A stretch of DNA of 63,819 nt, counting the filler. It is 7 parts of 7 records of this genome, joined end to end, with 100 filler letters (N's around TTAATTAATTAA, not from the genome) between each part and the next. Parts side by side here need not be neighbours in the genome. Positions count along the whole stretch, not along the records: positions 34,862 to 44,312 come from SRR31147125_36922; positions 44,413 to 55,685 come from SRR31147125_36937; 5 more parts are not named here. One strand, given 5' to 3'. Made by a program: the position numbers and the translations under genes. Below, piece after piece: positions 41,426-52,520 of the stretch. Every line of letters starts with the position of its first letter. Position 1 is the stretch's first letter. Below the pieces are notes generated by a model. That model did not search any database and was not told the origin of the DNA. It saw only the letters and a program-made list of their open reading frames with translations.

Positions 41426-42253
41426 ATGAGATTCGTCTGTCTTTGTATCATAACATTTTGTTCCTGCTTGGGTTTTTCGAATTCATGGGCGTCTGAACAG
41501 AGTCAAAATAACGTCTTAAATAAACGGATTACCATTTACGGTGGTGTCCGGCTGTACCAGGCGGATGGTACGTTCAGTTCAACCAAAGAGGGACGTCCTG
41601 TTACGAAGGTCGATATGGATGACCTTGGTTTGGATGACAATAAAGTTAATGGCGTTGGCGGGCTCTTATTCAATTTTGGAGAGCGATGGAGTTTGCGTTT
41701 CGACTATTATGGGTACCACGATGATGCAGTAAAAAAGGTGGGAAAAGATTTCAACTTCGGTGGTGTTGAGATCCCTATAAATGCGTCTGCTAACAGCAGT
41801 TTAGATATCGATCTCTATGTACTTAATGTGGCCTACAATATAATACATACGGAGCGGGCCAGGTTTGGCCTGGGAATTGGCATTCATGGTATTGACTTCG
41901 GTTTACGAATCTCAGGCAAAATGTCAGTGGGCGGCAGGGAGATATCATTAGGTGAAGGTCAGGAAGATTTCCTTGCACCCATTCCAAATTTATGGGCATA
42001 TGGCGCATATGCTTTCACGGAAAGTTTTATATTCAGATACGGAGGAGGATGGATGAGTGCAAGCTATGATGAGTATGACGGATCATTGCTTTTGGCCATC
42101 GCCGCCATTGAATATTGGCCGTTTCAAAATGCCGGATTGGGAGTTGGTTATAACTATATAAAAGCAGACATAGATCGTGATTCAGGCCATAAGAAGGAAA
42201 ATTACGATGTCGATCTACCGGGAATTGTTTTTTATATCACTTTAGGATTCTAA
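41426..42253 (+). CDS. Outer-membrane beta-barrel protein
   Basis: Signal peptide, alternating aromatic strands, C-terminal Phe (YITLGF). Confidence 0.72.
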   Translation: MRFVCLCIITFCSCLGFSNSWASEQSQNNVLNKRITIYGGVRLYQADGTFSSTKEGRPVTKVDMDDLGLDDNKVNGVGGLLFNFGERWSLRFDYYGYHDDAVKKVGKDFNFGGVEIPINASANSSLDIDLYVLNVAYNIIHTERARFGLGIGIHGIDFGLRISGKMSVGGREISLGEGQEDFLAPIPNLWAYGAYAFTESFIFRYGGGWMSASYDEYDGSLLLAIAAIEYWPFQNAGLGVGYNYIKADIDRDSGHKKENYDVDLPGIVFYITLGF

Positions 42254-42479
42254 CCAGCTTTCTATGTAAACTGAAGTAATGGTATTCAAACTTAAGTCCA
42301 GAATCAATCAAGCAAAAGCCTCATCATTCCGACATGAACCTTATACAGAAGAATCGAAATGATTTGCAAAAAGGAAGTTCATGGGTTTATCGGTGCGGCC
42401 GACAGCGTCAATGACGCCATCAGTATAGAACTCCTGTAATAAAGCCATATGGGTGGATTATGAGACCGGCACAGCGAAC

Positions 42480-42842
42480 ACCCCTGGGCATTTTAACTAT
42501 GATACAATTACCCATGAGCCGGTCATAGGGCTCAATTTCACATTCTGATAAGGTATCGCAGTGGTCGTTATTCGTTAAAATATTCAGGCCAAAAACGCCG
42601 ACCTGACCATCACCATCAACCACATTGACCTGGAAAAAACCATGATGGGGGCGGAATCCTTTGACGAACAGATAAACTCTGGAAATTCAAAGCTCAAAGG
42701 AAACCGCGAGGCATATGAATCCTTCAAATCTCTGCTGATCGACTTTTTTATGGGATTTGATATCATGCCCGGCAACGGGTCCAAGGCCCTTGCCCCGCCC
42801 CCCTTTGAGCAGAAGGATCTTGCGAACACTACAGGCGGATGA
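42480..42842 (+). pseudogene. Remnant of an alkyl sulfatase C-terminal (SCP2-like) domain; start approximate
   Basis: QAKNADLTITINHIDLEKTMMG...KLKGNREAYESFKSLLIDFFMGFDIMPG; no intact N-terminal MBL domain. Confidence 0.5.
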
Positions 42843-42925
42843 TCCTCTGCAATTTGAAGGCCGGAAATCTGATTGAAGGGGGCTGACGAAGTATCTTGAT
42901 TATAGAGATAAAAGGAGTAGAAAAA

Positions 42926-43290
42926 ATGCTTGAACTGCTGGATATCGGATTGGAAAATACGGTTGCCTGCCGCATCTCGGGAAAAATTTCCGAAGAGGAA
43001 ATGGCATTGGTCATGTCGGCGCTCAAAGAAAAAATTACCGCTTACGGTGATATTTTCATCTATCAGGAAGTGGAGAGGGTCGGCGGGGTTGAACTTGAAG
43101 CCATCGCTGAAAAAATGAAATTCCTGGCAGATGAAGGCCTGTCCAATATCAAAAGAATCGCTGTTGTCACGGATAAAAAATGGATGCAGAAAATCATCGA
43201 GCTGGAGGATAAGATCTTTCGAAATATCGATATGAAAAGCTTCTCATTTTCGGATAAGGATAATGCCCTCTTTTTTTAAAAAACAGGTAG
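42926..43290 (+). CDS. STAS/SEC14 (SpoIIAA-like) domain protein; T-run frameshift at the very end
   Basis: VACRISGKISEEE, KRIAVVTDKKW. Confidence 0.78.
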
Positions 43291-43294
43291 GGAA

Positions 43295-43760
43295 ATGGGT
43301 AAAAAATACGCTTTTAACAGGCACGAGGTTTCAGGGGCCTTGACCTTAAATCAGTTATCCGGGGAGTACAGTTTTCAACCGGTATGCTGCTGATGGTCAA
43401 GGGCGCTAAAATGTTAAACGGCGTCTCCACCATTCAGGACCTGTACAGCCTGTCCGCCCATTAGGGTTCGGAGCCAAAACCGCCGGATCCAACCTGATCA
43501 TTGGCGGAATTATGGTTTTCCTTATGTTGATCTTTGGCAGTGCATTTCTATATGTCCTTTACCTGATTCCCATGGCGATTTTAGGCGTCCTTCTGGCTTT
43601 TGCCGGCAGTCAACTGGCATTAACCATCCTGGATATGAACACACGAAACGAGCTTTTTCCTGGTCAGCATCGTTGCCATCACCGTGGCCTTTAATCTGGC
43701 TGTGGGCGTTATCATCGATTTAGCCCTGGCCTATGCTACAAAACGGATTGAGGTATAGTA
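43295..43760 (+). pseudogene. Heavily deleted MOT1-type molybdate/sulfate transporter remnant
   Basis: Start MGKKYAFNRHEVSGAL, then FGAKTAGSNLIIG...IPMAILGVLLAFAGSQLA; far too short, with stops. Confidence 0.6.
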
Positions 43761-43916
43761 AAATCACACACCCTCATGGAACATGAAAGGGATCGGGCAG
43801 AATACAAATTGGTTTTGCAACAGGCGCATAAGTGGTAGACTATCCAAGTAACTCAACCTCATTTCCCAACGGCGCTTCTCTATCCGCACTTTCAGATAAC
43901 GACCATTTGAGAGGGT

Positions 43917-44312
43917 ATGGATATGATAAAGATCACCAGACCACGATCAAGCCGGCCCCCTAAGCTCCCCAAAAGTAAAAGGGGCCCTGGGCCGGACTAC
44001 TGGTCCTCCTCCTGATTGCCGGATGCACCTATTTTCCGGCAAATACCCTGTCCCTGTACCAGCGCTCCACACGGATCCAGGACCGGGAAACCGAAGACCG
44101 CATCCTTTCCAGGGCAAGCCTGGCACCCCGCCCCGTCCCCGGCGCCCCCCTGTGCACATCCTCTATTTAAGGGGTACGCCCTATGAAATGGGCTTCCAGC
44201 ACGGACGCCTCCTCAAATCCCAGGTCAGGCAGGCGGTCTTTCATATTCTGTCCAGGGTAAACTTTCTGGTAAAGGCCCAGGCCCTGGATGAAGTCTATGA
44301 CCTGATTTCCCC
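43917..44312 (+). CDS. C45 family (acyl-CoA:6-APA acyltransferase-like) peptidase, frameshifted 5' fragment
   Basis: ILYLRGTPYEMGFQHGRLL motif; cut by spacer. Confidence 0.55.
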
Positions 44313-44412
44313 NNNNNNNNNNNNNNNNNNNNNNNNNNNNNNNNNNNNNNNNNNNNTTAATTAATTAANNNNNNNNNNNNNNNNNNNNNNNNNNNNNNNN
44401 NNNNNNNNNNNN
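44313..44412. other. Artificial contig spacer
   Basis: N-run + TTAATTAATTAA + N-run. Confidence 0.98.
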
Positions 44413-44797
44413 TTTTTTCAGCAAACTGTCTTAACGGATCTTGCACAAATTGATTGTAAAAGACTAGTGTTCCAATTGCAAATAGAACCAGGATTATTGA
44501 GGCAACCTTATAATTTGCCAAACGATGAAAAAAGATTTTACGATCTTTTTCACCTTGCGACTTAGACTGAATATTCTTTAATAATAATTCATATTCTTTT
44601 GAGTCTAATTGTTTTTTGTCCCCTTGAGTAAGTAATATAAATTCAACGGCATACCTCAAATTATCACTATTCTTAGGGTATTTCGTAAGCAAATCAGCCA
44701 ACAATTCGTTCGTATCCTGAGCTGCATTAACTAAACTCACAAATTCGCCATTGTTAACCAGCTCTACAAATTCAGAATTAAATAATTTATTCTCCAT
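44413..44797 (-). CDS. FecR-like anti-sigma factor, N-terminal fragment
   Basis: Follows the ECF sigma gene; single TM after KVASII. Confidence 0.7.
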
Positions 44798-44872
44798 GCT
44801 TTTACCAGAATTATTAATAAACGGATGAGGTCTCGTTTTATAGACAAAAAAAATGTGTGTTTTTTAAAAAAA

Positions 44873-45469
44873 TTATCGATTGTATGCCTTTGATAAAAGA
44901 AACAAGATAAATCCTTTCACATTTACGCTTGCCTTTATCAGTTTTAGAGTACGATACACAAGAGTACGCGCAGATGCGATATCAATACCAAGTATTATTG
45001 ATATTTCATCGTAACTTAAACTTTCGGTATATTTAAGGTAGATTATTTCTCGTTGCTTATCGGTTAATTCATTTAAAGCTTTTTGTAACTTTAGCTTAGC
45101 ATGCTTTTGTTCTTCGTCCTGAATTGTTATTGTTTCAAATGAAGGAGTATTTTCATCACCCTCATACTTACCTTTTGTATTCAGAATCTCAAACCTACGA
45201 TTACCTGATCGGATTTCATCTAATAACTTACTTCGAAGAGACTTAAACAAATAGAGGTGGATATTAGGTCCTGGAATCAATTTCTTTTTATTGGCTATCA
45301 AATGAATAAAAACCTCTTGCACACAATCTTTCACTAAAGTTTCATTGCCAGATATCTTTAATCCGTATGAGTATAGTTCGTTAATATATCTTTTATAAAT
45401 ATCAGTTAACGCACTATTTTCACCATCCAGAAATTTATTCCACAAATGTAGATCCGCTTGTCTGACCAT
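44873..45469 (-). CDS. ECF sigma-70 factor (Bacteroidota type)
   Basis: LYSYG, KDCVQEVF, LTDKQREIIYLKY...LSYDEIS. Confidence 0.9.
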   Translation of the reverse strand: MVRQADLHLWNKFLDGENSALTDIYKRYINELYSYGLKISGNETLVKDCVQEVFIHLIANKKKLIPGPNIHLYLFKSLRSKLLDEIRSGNRRFEILNTKGKYEGDENTPSFETITIQDEEQKHAKLKLQKALNELTDKQREIIYLKYTESLSYDEISIILGIDIASARTLVYRTLKLIKASVNVKGFILFLLSKAYNR

Positions 45470-46017
45470 ATATAAAACAACAAATCCATGATAACAACGC
45501 GCTGTTACTTTTGTAAAAAACCAATTTCACACGAACCTAACTATCACTTCAAATTACGAAAATTATTCAGTAAATATAACAATTCCTTAATTATATGGTT
45601 TCCTTTTCTTATATATCATAAATTTGAATGCCCTTCTATTTCACCCTAAAATAGCATGATTATTCTGAGATACTTTTAAAAAAACTGAACCCAATAATTG
45701 AACTAAAAAAGAATGGATACTGAAACAATAACAAACTCTCAATTTACAATTTTAAACGTATATCTACTCTTAAGAAAAGACTAGTAGAACCAATCATCAC
45801 AAGTATCCAAACCAAAGATTCAATTACAATTTCTGTTTACAAACTGGAGGGAAAACCCGGCTCGTACAAATCATTCTCAAAAAGCATGAGAAACAATGCC
45901 TGCTCCCTTATTGGATTAAATGATAATATTCTTTTTTAATGAATCGCTACTATTTATCAATTCAATCACACTAAGACAGAGACATTAGAAAATGTATTTT
46001 TTAGAAAAATTGCTTTC

Positions 46018-48306
46018 CTAGTTCAAAATAAATCCCCCTTCCAATCCTTCTCTTGAATTGGGTCCTATCCATACTTTAAATTCTCCTTTTTCAGCCTCCC
46101 ACTTATTTTTAGCTCCATAAAATGCAAGATCATCAGGACAAATTAAAAAAGTAACTTCTTCAGATTGACCGGGAGCTAATCGTATTTTTTTGAATCCTTT
46201 TAATTCTTTTACCGGGCGAGAAACACTTCCAACAATATCGCGAATATAAAGCTGCACAACTTCTTCGCCAGTAATTTCACCTGTATTTTTGATAGTTGCC
46301 GAAATTTTAATTTCACCTCCAAATGTGAGTTTCTCACTAGATAAAGATAAGTTTGAATATTTATAGGAAGTATAACTAAGACCATATCCAAATGGAAATA
46401 AAGCATCGTTTTTTTCATCTGTATAATGTGACCAAAAAACAGAATTGCCTCCCCCTACAGGGCGCCCCGTATTCATATGATTATAGTACAATGGTAATTG
46501 TCCAACATTTCTTGGAAATGAAATAGGTAGTTTGCCCGAAGGATTATAATCTCCGAATAACACATCTGCAATCGCATTCCCTGCTTGTGATCCTAAAAAC
46601 CAGGTTTCAACAATTGCAGGAACCTTTTCTGCAATTTTACTAATATCTAAGGGTCGACCATTCATCAATACTACTACAACATTCTTATTCACACTATGGA
46701 TTTCGTCAAGCAAGTTCTGCTGAAGTCCTTTTAACGAAATATCTGTCTGACTTCTCCCCTCTCCTGATTGGAAACAATCTTCACCTAAGGCAATAACAAC
46801 AACATCTGCTCCAACAGCTAATGATTTGGCCTTTGCTATTCCCGATTTATCTGCAACATTAAATTTTAGTTCAGAGCCAAAACTTCTATCGTTAATTACG
46901 TAATCCGGACCTTTGGCAAATAATACTTTTGAACTTTTAACACTATTTTGAATTCCTTCCAACAAAGAAATGGCTGAATTAGAAATAGCTTGTGCACGCC
47001 AGCTTCCAAGTGGAACATCTTTACTCTCCGCCAACTCTCCAACAACTACAATTTTTTTTCCATTTTTTGACAACGGTAACAAGTTGCCTTCATTTTTCAA
47101 TAATACGATACTCTCTCTTGCAATTTTACGAGATGACGCAAGATTCTTATTACTAAGAATTTCATTTCGCTCATGTTCTTCATTACAATACTTGAATGGA
47201 TCATCAAATAACCCAAGTTGATACTTTATCCTCAAAATACGACGAACAGCATCATCAATATATGACTCATCAATAATTCCATCAACAACCAATTCTTTTA
47301 AAGCCTGAATATAAACCCTACCTTCCATGTCCATATCCGAACCAGCTGTAATTGCAAGTTTAGCTGCTTCTTTTTTATTAGCAGCTACTCCATGAGCTAT
47401 TAGTTCTCCAATTGAATTCCAGTCGGAAACGACAAAACCATTAAAATTCCAATCCCCTTTCAAAATATTTCGCTGAAGAAATTTATCTGCAGTTGCAGGA
47501 ATACCATTAAGTATATTGAAAGAATTCATAAAAGTTGCCACTCCGGCATCAACACATGCTTTAAAGGGAGGCAAAATGATGTTGTGTAAAGCTCTTTCGC
47601 CCACATCCACAGTATTATATTCCTTACCACCTTCAACAAATCCATATGCTGCAAAATGTTTGGCACAGGCAGCAATTGTAGAATCAGAAGACAAATCATC
47701 TCCCTGAAATCCTTTTACACGGGCATAGGCCATTTTAGTACTCAGATAAGTATCTTCTCCAGAACTTTCCATTACACGCCCCCACCGTGCATCTCTTACA
47801 ATATCAACCATTGGGGCAAAAGTCCAATGTATCCCGGCTGCAGCAGTTTCTCTTGCTGCAATGCGAGCAGATAATTTTACAGCTTCAGTGTTCCAACTGG
47901 CTGCTTCTGCCAATGGTATAGGAAACATAGTCTGATAACCATGAATTACATCATAACCAAAAATTAAAGGAATCCCTAAACGACTACTATCAACTGCCAA
48001 TTGCTGTAGTTTTCTGGTTGCTGAAACTCCAATTACATTTAACATTGAACCTATTGCACCGTCTTTTATTAAATTATAAAATGCCATGGTGTCAATAGAT
48101 TCGGGAGCAGGACCGGTCATCTCCCAAAAAGATGCGACTTGATTAAGCTGACCAATTTTTTCATTTATTGTCATTTCTTTTATTAAATCGGCAATCTTAT
48201 CTTCATTTTTTAAATCTGATTTCGATGTTTTTTCTAATGTTTCTGGCTGACATGAAACCAGAACAACTATTAATCCTAAAATTCCTATTATCAATTTTGT
48301 ACTCAT
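46018..48306 (-). CDS. GH3 beta-glucosidase (BglX-like), lipoprotein
   Basis: SRLGIPL, DVIHG, RDARWGR, KHFAAYG, VVSDW, SGEGRS, PFGYGLSYT; lipobox LVSC. Confidence 0.92.
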   Translation of the reverse strand: MSTKLIIGILGLIVVLVSCQPETLEKTSKSDLKNEDKIADLIKEMTINEKIGQLNQVASFWEMTGPAPESIDTMAFYNLIKDGAIGSMLNVIGVSATRKLQQLAVDSSRLGIPLIFGYDVIHGYQTMFPIPLAEAASWNTEAVKLSARIAARETAAAGIHWTFAPMVDIVRDARWGRVMESSGEDTYLSTKMAYARVKGFQGDDLSSDSTIAACAKHFAAYGFVEGGKEYNTVDVGERALHNIILPPFKACVDAGVATFMNSFNILNGIPATADKFLQRNILKGDWNFNGFVVSDWNSIGELIAHGVAANKKEAAKLAITAGSDMDMEGRVYIQALKELVVDGIIDESYIDDAVRRILRIKYQLGLFDDPFKYCNEEHERNEILSNKNLASSRKIARESIVLLKNEGNLLPLSKNGKKIVVVGELAESKDVPLGSWRAQAISNSAISLLEGIQNSVKSSKVLFAKGPDYVINDRSFGSELKFNVADKSGIAKAKSLAVGADVVVIALGEDCFQSGEGRSQTDISLKGLQQNLLDEIHSVNKNVVVVLMNGRPLDISKIAEKVPAIVETWFLGSQAGNAIADVLFGDYNPSGKLPISFPRNVGQLPLYYNHMNTGRPVGGGNSVFWSHYTDEKNDALFPFGYGLSYTSYKYSNLSLSSEKLTFGGEIKISATIKNTGEITGEEVVQLYIRDIVGSVSRPVKELKGFKKIRLAPGQSEEVTFLICPDDLAFYGAKNKWEAEKGEFKVWIGPNSREGLEGGFILN

Positions 48307-48456
48307 GTTGAATTTTGTAAAATTTGAAATGTAAAACAATTGCACTATCGCTACAGAACTATGCTTACAAGCATTTCAATTATTTATCTTATTTTGTATT
48401 GAGAACGTTCTTATTCTTAAATTATCGAGGATTCTTATAAAAAAATTAAGGTGTAT

Positions 48457-49236
48457 CTATTTTTTGAAAACATTCCCATTTTTATCTGAAGCCACTACCC
48501 AGCGCAAACCAGCAATTATCATTGCATTTTGGGTAGGATCAGAAAAAATCCGGGTTCCATGCCCCATATTCATGTAAATCATCCGGTACTTTTTATTGGT
48601 CCAAACAACGGGACAATCAGCGTCTGGAATAATGTCTTTTAATCCGAGTGGATAGTTATCCACCGATAGCGAAGCCAGCACTTCAATATCCGGATTCTGA
48701 CGCGGACTTGGTTTCCACTGATACCACTCATTAATGGGCGACATAAACGTTTCAGGCAGCGATTTGTTTACTGGGTGAGCGTGTTTGTCTATCACTAGTT
48801 TGGCAGGCATTGGAGGCCAGTTGTTTCGCCAAAAAACGCCACCACCCAAGAAATCTACAAACCAGGGCCAGTTGGTGTTACGGTCGTTATACGCCGCTAC
48901 ATGGAAGCCAAACCAGCCACCACCATTCTCCATGTACTCACGAAAAGCTTGTTGTTGTTTTTCTGAATGTGGAAAATCATTCAGCATAATAATCACAGAG
49001 TAGTCCTTCAACTTTTCTGTGTTCAGGTCATTCATATTCGAAGTGGTGTCGAATACAAAACCATTACCGATGGTTAAATCCTGAAAAAATTGAATGGCCT
49101 GATGCGCAAATTCAACGTGTGCCGACTCTACATGTTCTGAATAAAAGGCTAATGCTTTAAACCGTGGGAACTGTGCTTTTGCAGCAAGGCTTATCAGCAA
49201 GAATAAACTTGCAAAAATGATATTTTTGAGACTCAT
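48457..49236 (-). CDS. ThuA-like domain protein, secreted
   Basis: Signal peptide, GGGWFGFH, NEWY, NMGH. Confidence 0.82.
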   Translation of the reverse strand: MSLKNIIFASLFLLISLAAKAQFPRFKALAFYSEHVESAHVEFAHQAIQFFQDLTIGNGFVFDTTSNMNDLNTEKLKDYSVIIMLNDFPHSEKQQQAFREYMENGGGWFGFHVAAYNDRNTNWPWFVDFLGGGVFWRNNWPPMPAKLVIDKHAHPVNKSLPETFMSPINEWYQWKPSPRQNPDIEVLASLSVDNYPLGLKDIIPDADCPVVWTNKKYRMIYMNMGHGTRIFSDPTQNAMIIAGLRWVVASDKNGNVFKK

Positions 49237-49266
49237 GAATTAATTATTTATTGGTTTATGCATTTG

Positions 49267-50028
49267 TTACTTTTCTGCAGCCCAAAGTAGAGCGTTGGCA
49301 AACATTTTCTTAAAATCATCGGAAGAAAATAACGCTCCAGAATGTCCCATAAGGAAATATACATTCCGGGCTTTCATTTTTTCGTTTACCCAGATTGCAG
49401 GATGGTCGCCCATTTTAATATCCGCAGCAGGTTCATAGGTCGATTCATCTACCGAAGCCAACACATGAACATTCGGGCGTGGGTTTTTATCAAAAGTATA
49501 CCATTCATCGTTTTGAACAACAAAAGATGCGTTTACCCCTTTCATCACCGGGTGCTTTTGATCTTCAATATTTACCGTTCCTGAAGCAGTAGCAGCAATG
49601 TAGTTCTTAAATCGTATTCCACCCATAAAATCAGAAAACCAGTTCCACATCGGATAACCATCAAATTCGCCAAGTAAAGTAGCATGATGAAAACCAACCC
49701 AGCCAATTTTTCCTTTTTCTATACTTTTAACGAAAGCTTTTTCAGCTTCCTTACTCCAAGTATATGGCGGAAAATTAAGTTGAAGAAAAACATCGTATTT
49801 CTTTAAATTAGTTTCGTTAATCTCAGCGGCGTGGTTAAATTCGGAAAAAACAAAGTTATGCTCTGCCCCAAAATCATCAAGCCAATCAAGAGCTGCAGCA
49901 ACAAAACCTTCATGTTGACCACCTCTTTCTGTTAACACCAAAACTTTTACCGCTTGTTTTGGCGATTTTGCAAAACAACTGATATTCAACGCCATGAATA
50001 GCAGTATAATTAATTGTAATCTTTTCAT
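49267..50028 (-). CDS. ThuA-like domain protein, secreted
   Basis: Signal peptide, GWVGFHHA, DEWY, VDESTY, MGDHP, MGH. Confidence 0.85.
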   Translation of the reverse strand: MKRLQLIILLFMALNISCFAKSPKQAVKVLVLTERGGQHEGFVAAALDWLDDFGAEHNFVFSEFNHAAEINETNLKKYDVFLQLNFPPYTWSKEAEKAFVKSIEKGKIGWVGFHHATLLGEFDGYPMWNWFSDFMGGIRFKNYIAATASGTVNIEDQKHPVMKGVNASFVVQNDEWYTFDKNPRPNVHVLASVDESTYEPAADIKMGDHPAIWVNEKMKARNVYFLMGHSGALFSSDDFKKMFANALLWAAEK

Positions 50029-50054
50029 TTTATTTGAATTGTTCGTTTAATATC

Positions 50055-52514
50055 TTAAAATTCGCTGGCCAGTGAAATCCATTTCCCGGCCGATGTTACC
50101 CACACCTCTTTGTAACACGAGGTGTTTGTTTGTGGCCAGTACGGAATATCCTTATTTCCGAGCGTTCGAATTCCAACGGGAATTTCGCCCACCGTTAAGC
50201 CGGATGAAAAATTATCCTTTTGCGGGTAATTCCACCCTTCGCCATAAATCAGGGACTGCCCGAAAGGATTCTTCCCAACTACCCAATACAATTGTTCCAA
50301 CCCGATCTGATTTAACTCCTCATCACCAAGAAACTTACCGCAAATTACGGCAGATTTTCCCATGGAAAGATGAACAGCCGAGTTGCCATTAAAAATGCTG
50401 AACCAAACCGGAAAACGTTTTAAATAATGTTCTTTATCAAGCTGAACACCATTTTTTAACTGCATGGTGTATTGCTCCCTTGCATCGGCAGGTTGAAAAA
50501 GATGTAGATGATCAAAACTTTCATTGTCCTGATTTTCATCGATATGATAAACACCGCTTGCCAACATTCCGTATGGTGCAGTATAAGGCATCAGACTCTT
50601 CAGATAGTTCGCATATAATTGTATCGATCTTTCCCATTTGTAATAGTCAGGATGATCTTTTTGCGTTTCGCATAACAAAACCATAGCCTGCATATAAATC
50701 TGTTCACGTGATTGATGATTATAATGCACAATTATTTTTTTCGATGGATCACGATAGAAAAATCCTTTAATACCGCTTTCCCCAATTGGCATTATTCCCT
50801 GGGATTCGAGCGTAAAATTGATGAATTCTATCGCTTTTTTGGCATAATAAATATCGCCGGTAAGTTTGAACAACATACTTGCAGCCCACGATGCTGTTGC
50901 CATATACTGACTTTCAGAAGTATTAAAACTATGCTCAAACATAGTATGGAACTCGCCAAAACCAACTTCGGCATCCCTTTTCAATGCAAAGTCAAAATCT
51001 TGTTTAGCTACATGCTCCAAATGTTCCTTCATCGCCGGATCATCCGGGAGCGTCATTGCAGCATAAGCTTCATACGCTGAATACAGAAAATTATCAAAAG
51101 CTAGGTTATGAATTCGTACAGAAGTTATATCATCAAAGGAATCGACAATTCCATCCTGCCAAATAAGAAGCCCCATGCTACTGGCTCGGTATCCATCACC
51201 GTAACGATTTTTCAGAATAAAATCGAGCCCCCATCGTGCTTCTTCAAGCATGCGATTAGCTAGCACCGGGTTTTTTGTTTTATACTTACTATAAGCTTCA
51301 AGAAAGTTAAAAGTTACATCTCCGGTTTGCAAGGTTTGCTGGGACAAATCACCAGCATCGTGCCATCCACCGGCATACGAAATCCGTTGTCCGTTGTGCT
51401 CCGAAAACAAATCTACATGGCATTCTCCGTGTATCCCGGGAACAGCATAACCACAACGTTGGCAAAATACAAAGTTCAACGTTCGCCACACCGATGATTC
51501 CCACAGATTGCAGTCAATTCTGAATTCTGGAGTGAGCACTTTCCCAACTTTCAAACGATAGACCCCTGGCATCTTAAAATCTGAAAAATCAACAATATCA
51601 TATCGTCCGATAGTTGTTTTTTTGTTGACAACTTCCCCTGAATAAACCACTTGTGTACTTTGTGCGTCAATCAGCTGAAAGCTGTTATTATGCTTGCTTT
51701 CCTCTATATTTAAAATAGCAGTTTTAGCCCCATTGAGCAAATAGCCAGAGGTCGGGTACACTACCCGATTTTCGTCTGGCTGCCAGCCGCTTACAATTTC
51801 CGGATCGTCTATTTTTTGCAGTTCGAAATTATCGATGTAATAAATCACCGAATCACCCACAGTATTGTCTTTCCCCTTTAAACTTACACTAAAAGTAATC
51901 TTCGAAATATTATCCCTTTGATATTCATCAATATCCAAAAAACAGGTGTTCCATTCACGATTATTCAACTGTATCAAGTGTCTGCCAGATTGTCGATTGT
52001 ATCCAGCTTTTATTCTATCAGAATGATTTTCAATATTGAGGTCTATATTAACCACTCTAGCTCCTACGCAATCAGGGTAAACATGAAAAACAATTCGGTT
52101 ATAGCTTTCCCACTTTTGCCCTCCAACATCAAGACTAGCGAAGCAATTACCGTAAGTAGCATAATCTGGATCGGAATCGGAACCACGTGCCCTTTTTCCG
52201 GTAAAAGTAGGAAACTCTATTTTTAAGGCACCTTGCCCTGAAATGCTTTTCTTTTTCGAAAAAGATATTTTTCCGTTACCCGAGTGACTCCAGTTTGAAA
52301 TGTTTTCAGCAATAGACAGGGTTTGCTTTTCAATCACTTTTTTCCTTAGTCCGATTCCCTCGTAAGAATTTGTTTCATCAACCTTGAGTGGACTGTGAAT
52401 AATCCCTGACTGAATAATTTCCTTTTCAAGTTTAGGATCAATACTAATTTGCGTTTGTCCCTTAAGGGCTCCAACAAAAACAACAAATAATACTATAAAA
52501 ATTAGCAGTTTCAT
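50055..52514 (-). CDS. GH9-like glycoside hydrolase with N-terminal extension and Ig-like domain
   Basis: QRCG...CHVD, GGWHDAGD, WVVGKNPFGQSLIYGEG, C-terminal KEVW. Confidence 0.8.
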   Translation of the reverse strand: MKLLIFIVLFVVFVGALKGQTQISIDPKLEKEIIQSGIIHSPLKVDETNSYEGIGLRKKVIEKQTLSIAENISNWSHSGNGKISFSKKKSISGQGALKIEFPTFTGKRARGSDSDPDYATYGNCFASLDVGGQKWESYNRIVFHVYPDCVGARVVNIDLNIENHSDRIKAGYNRQSGRHLIQLNNREWNTCFLDIDEYQRDNISKITFSVSLKGKDNTVGDSVIYYIDNFELQKIDDPEIVSGWQPDENRVVYPTSGYLLNGAKTAILNIEESKHNNSFQLIDAQSTQVVYSGEVVNKKTTIGRYDIVDFSDFKMPGVYRLKVGKVLTPEFRIDCNLWESSVWRTLNFVFCQRCGYAVPGIHGECHVDLFSEHNGQRISYAGGWHDAGDLSQQTLQTGDVTFNFLEAYSKYKTKNPVLANRMLEEARWGLDFILKNRYGDGYRASSMGLLIWQDGIVDSFDDITSVRIHNLAFDNFLYSAYEAYAAMTLPDDPAMKEHLEHVAKQDFDFALKRDAEVGFGEFHTMFEHSFNTSESQYMATASWAASMLFKLTGDIYYAKKAIEFINFTLESQGIMPIGESGIKGFFYRDPSKKIIVHYNHQSREQIYMQAMVLLCETQKDHPDYYKWERSIQLYANYLKSLMPYTAPYGMLASGVYHIDENQDNESFDHLHLFQPADAREQYTMQLKNGVQLDKEHYLKRFPVWFSIFNGNSAVHLSMGKSAVICGKFLGDEELNQIGLEQLYWVVGKNPFGQSLIYGEGWNYPQKDNFSSGLTVGEIPVGIRTLGNKDIPYWPQTNTSCYKEVWVTSAGKWISLASEF

Positions 52515-52520
52515 ATTGAC

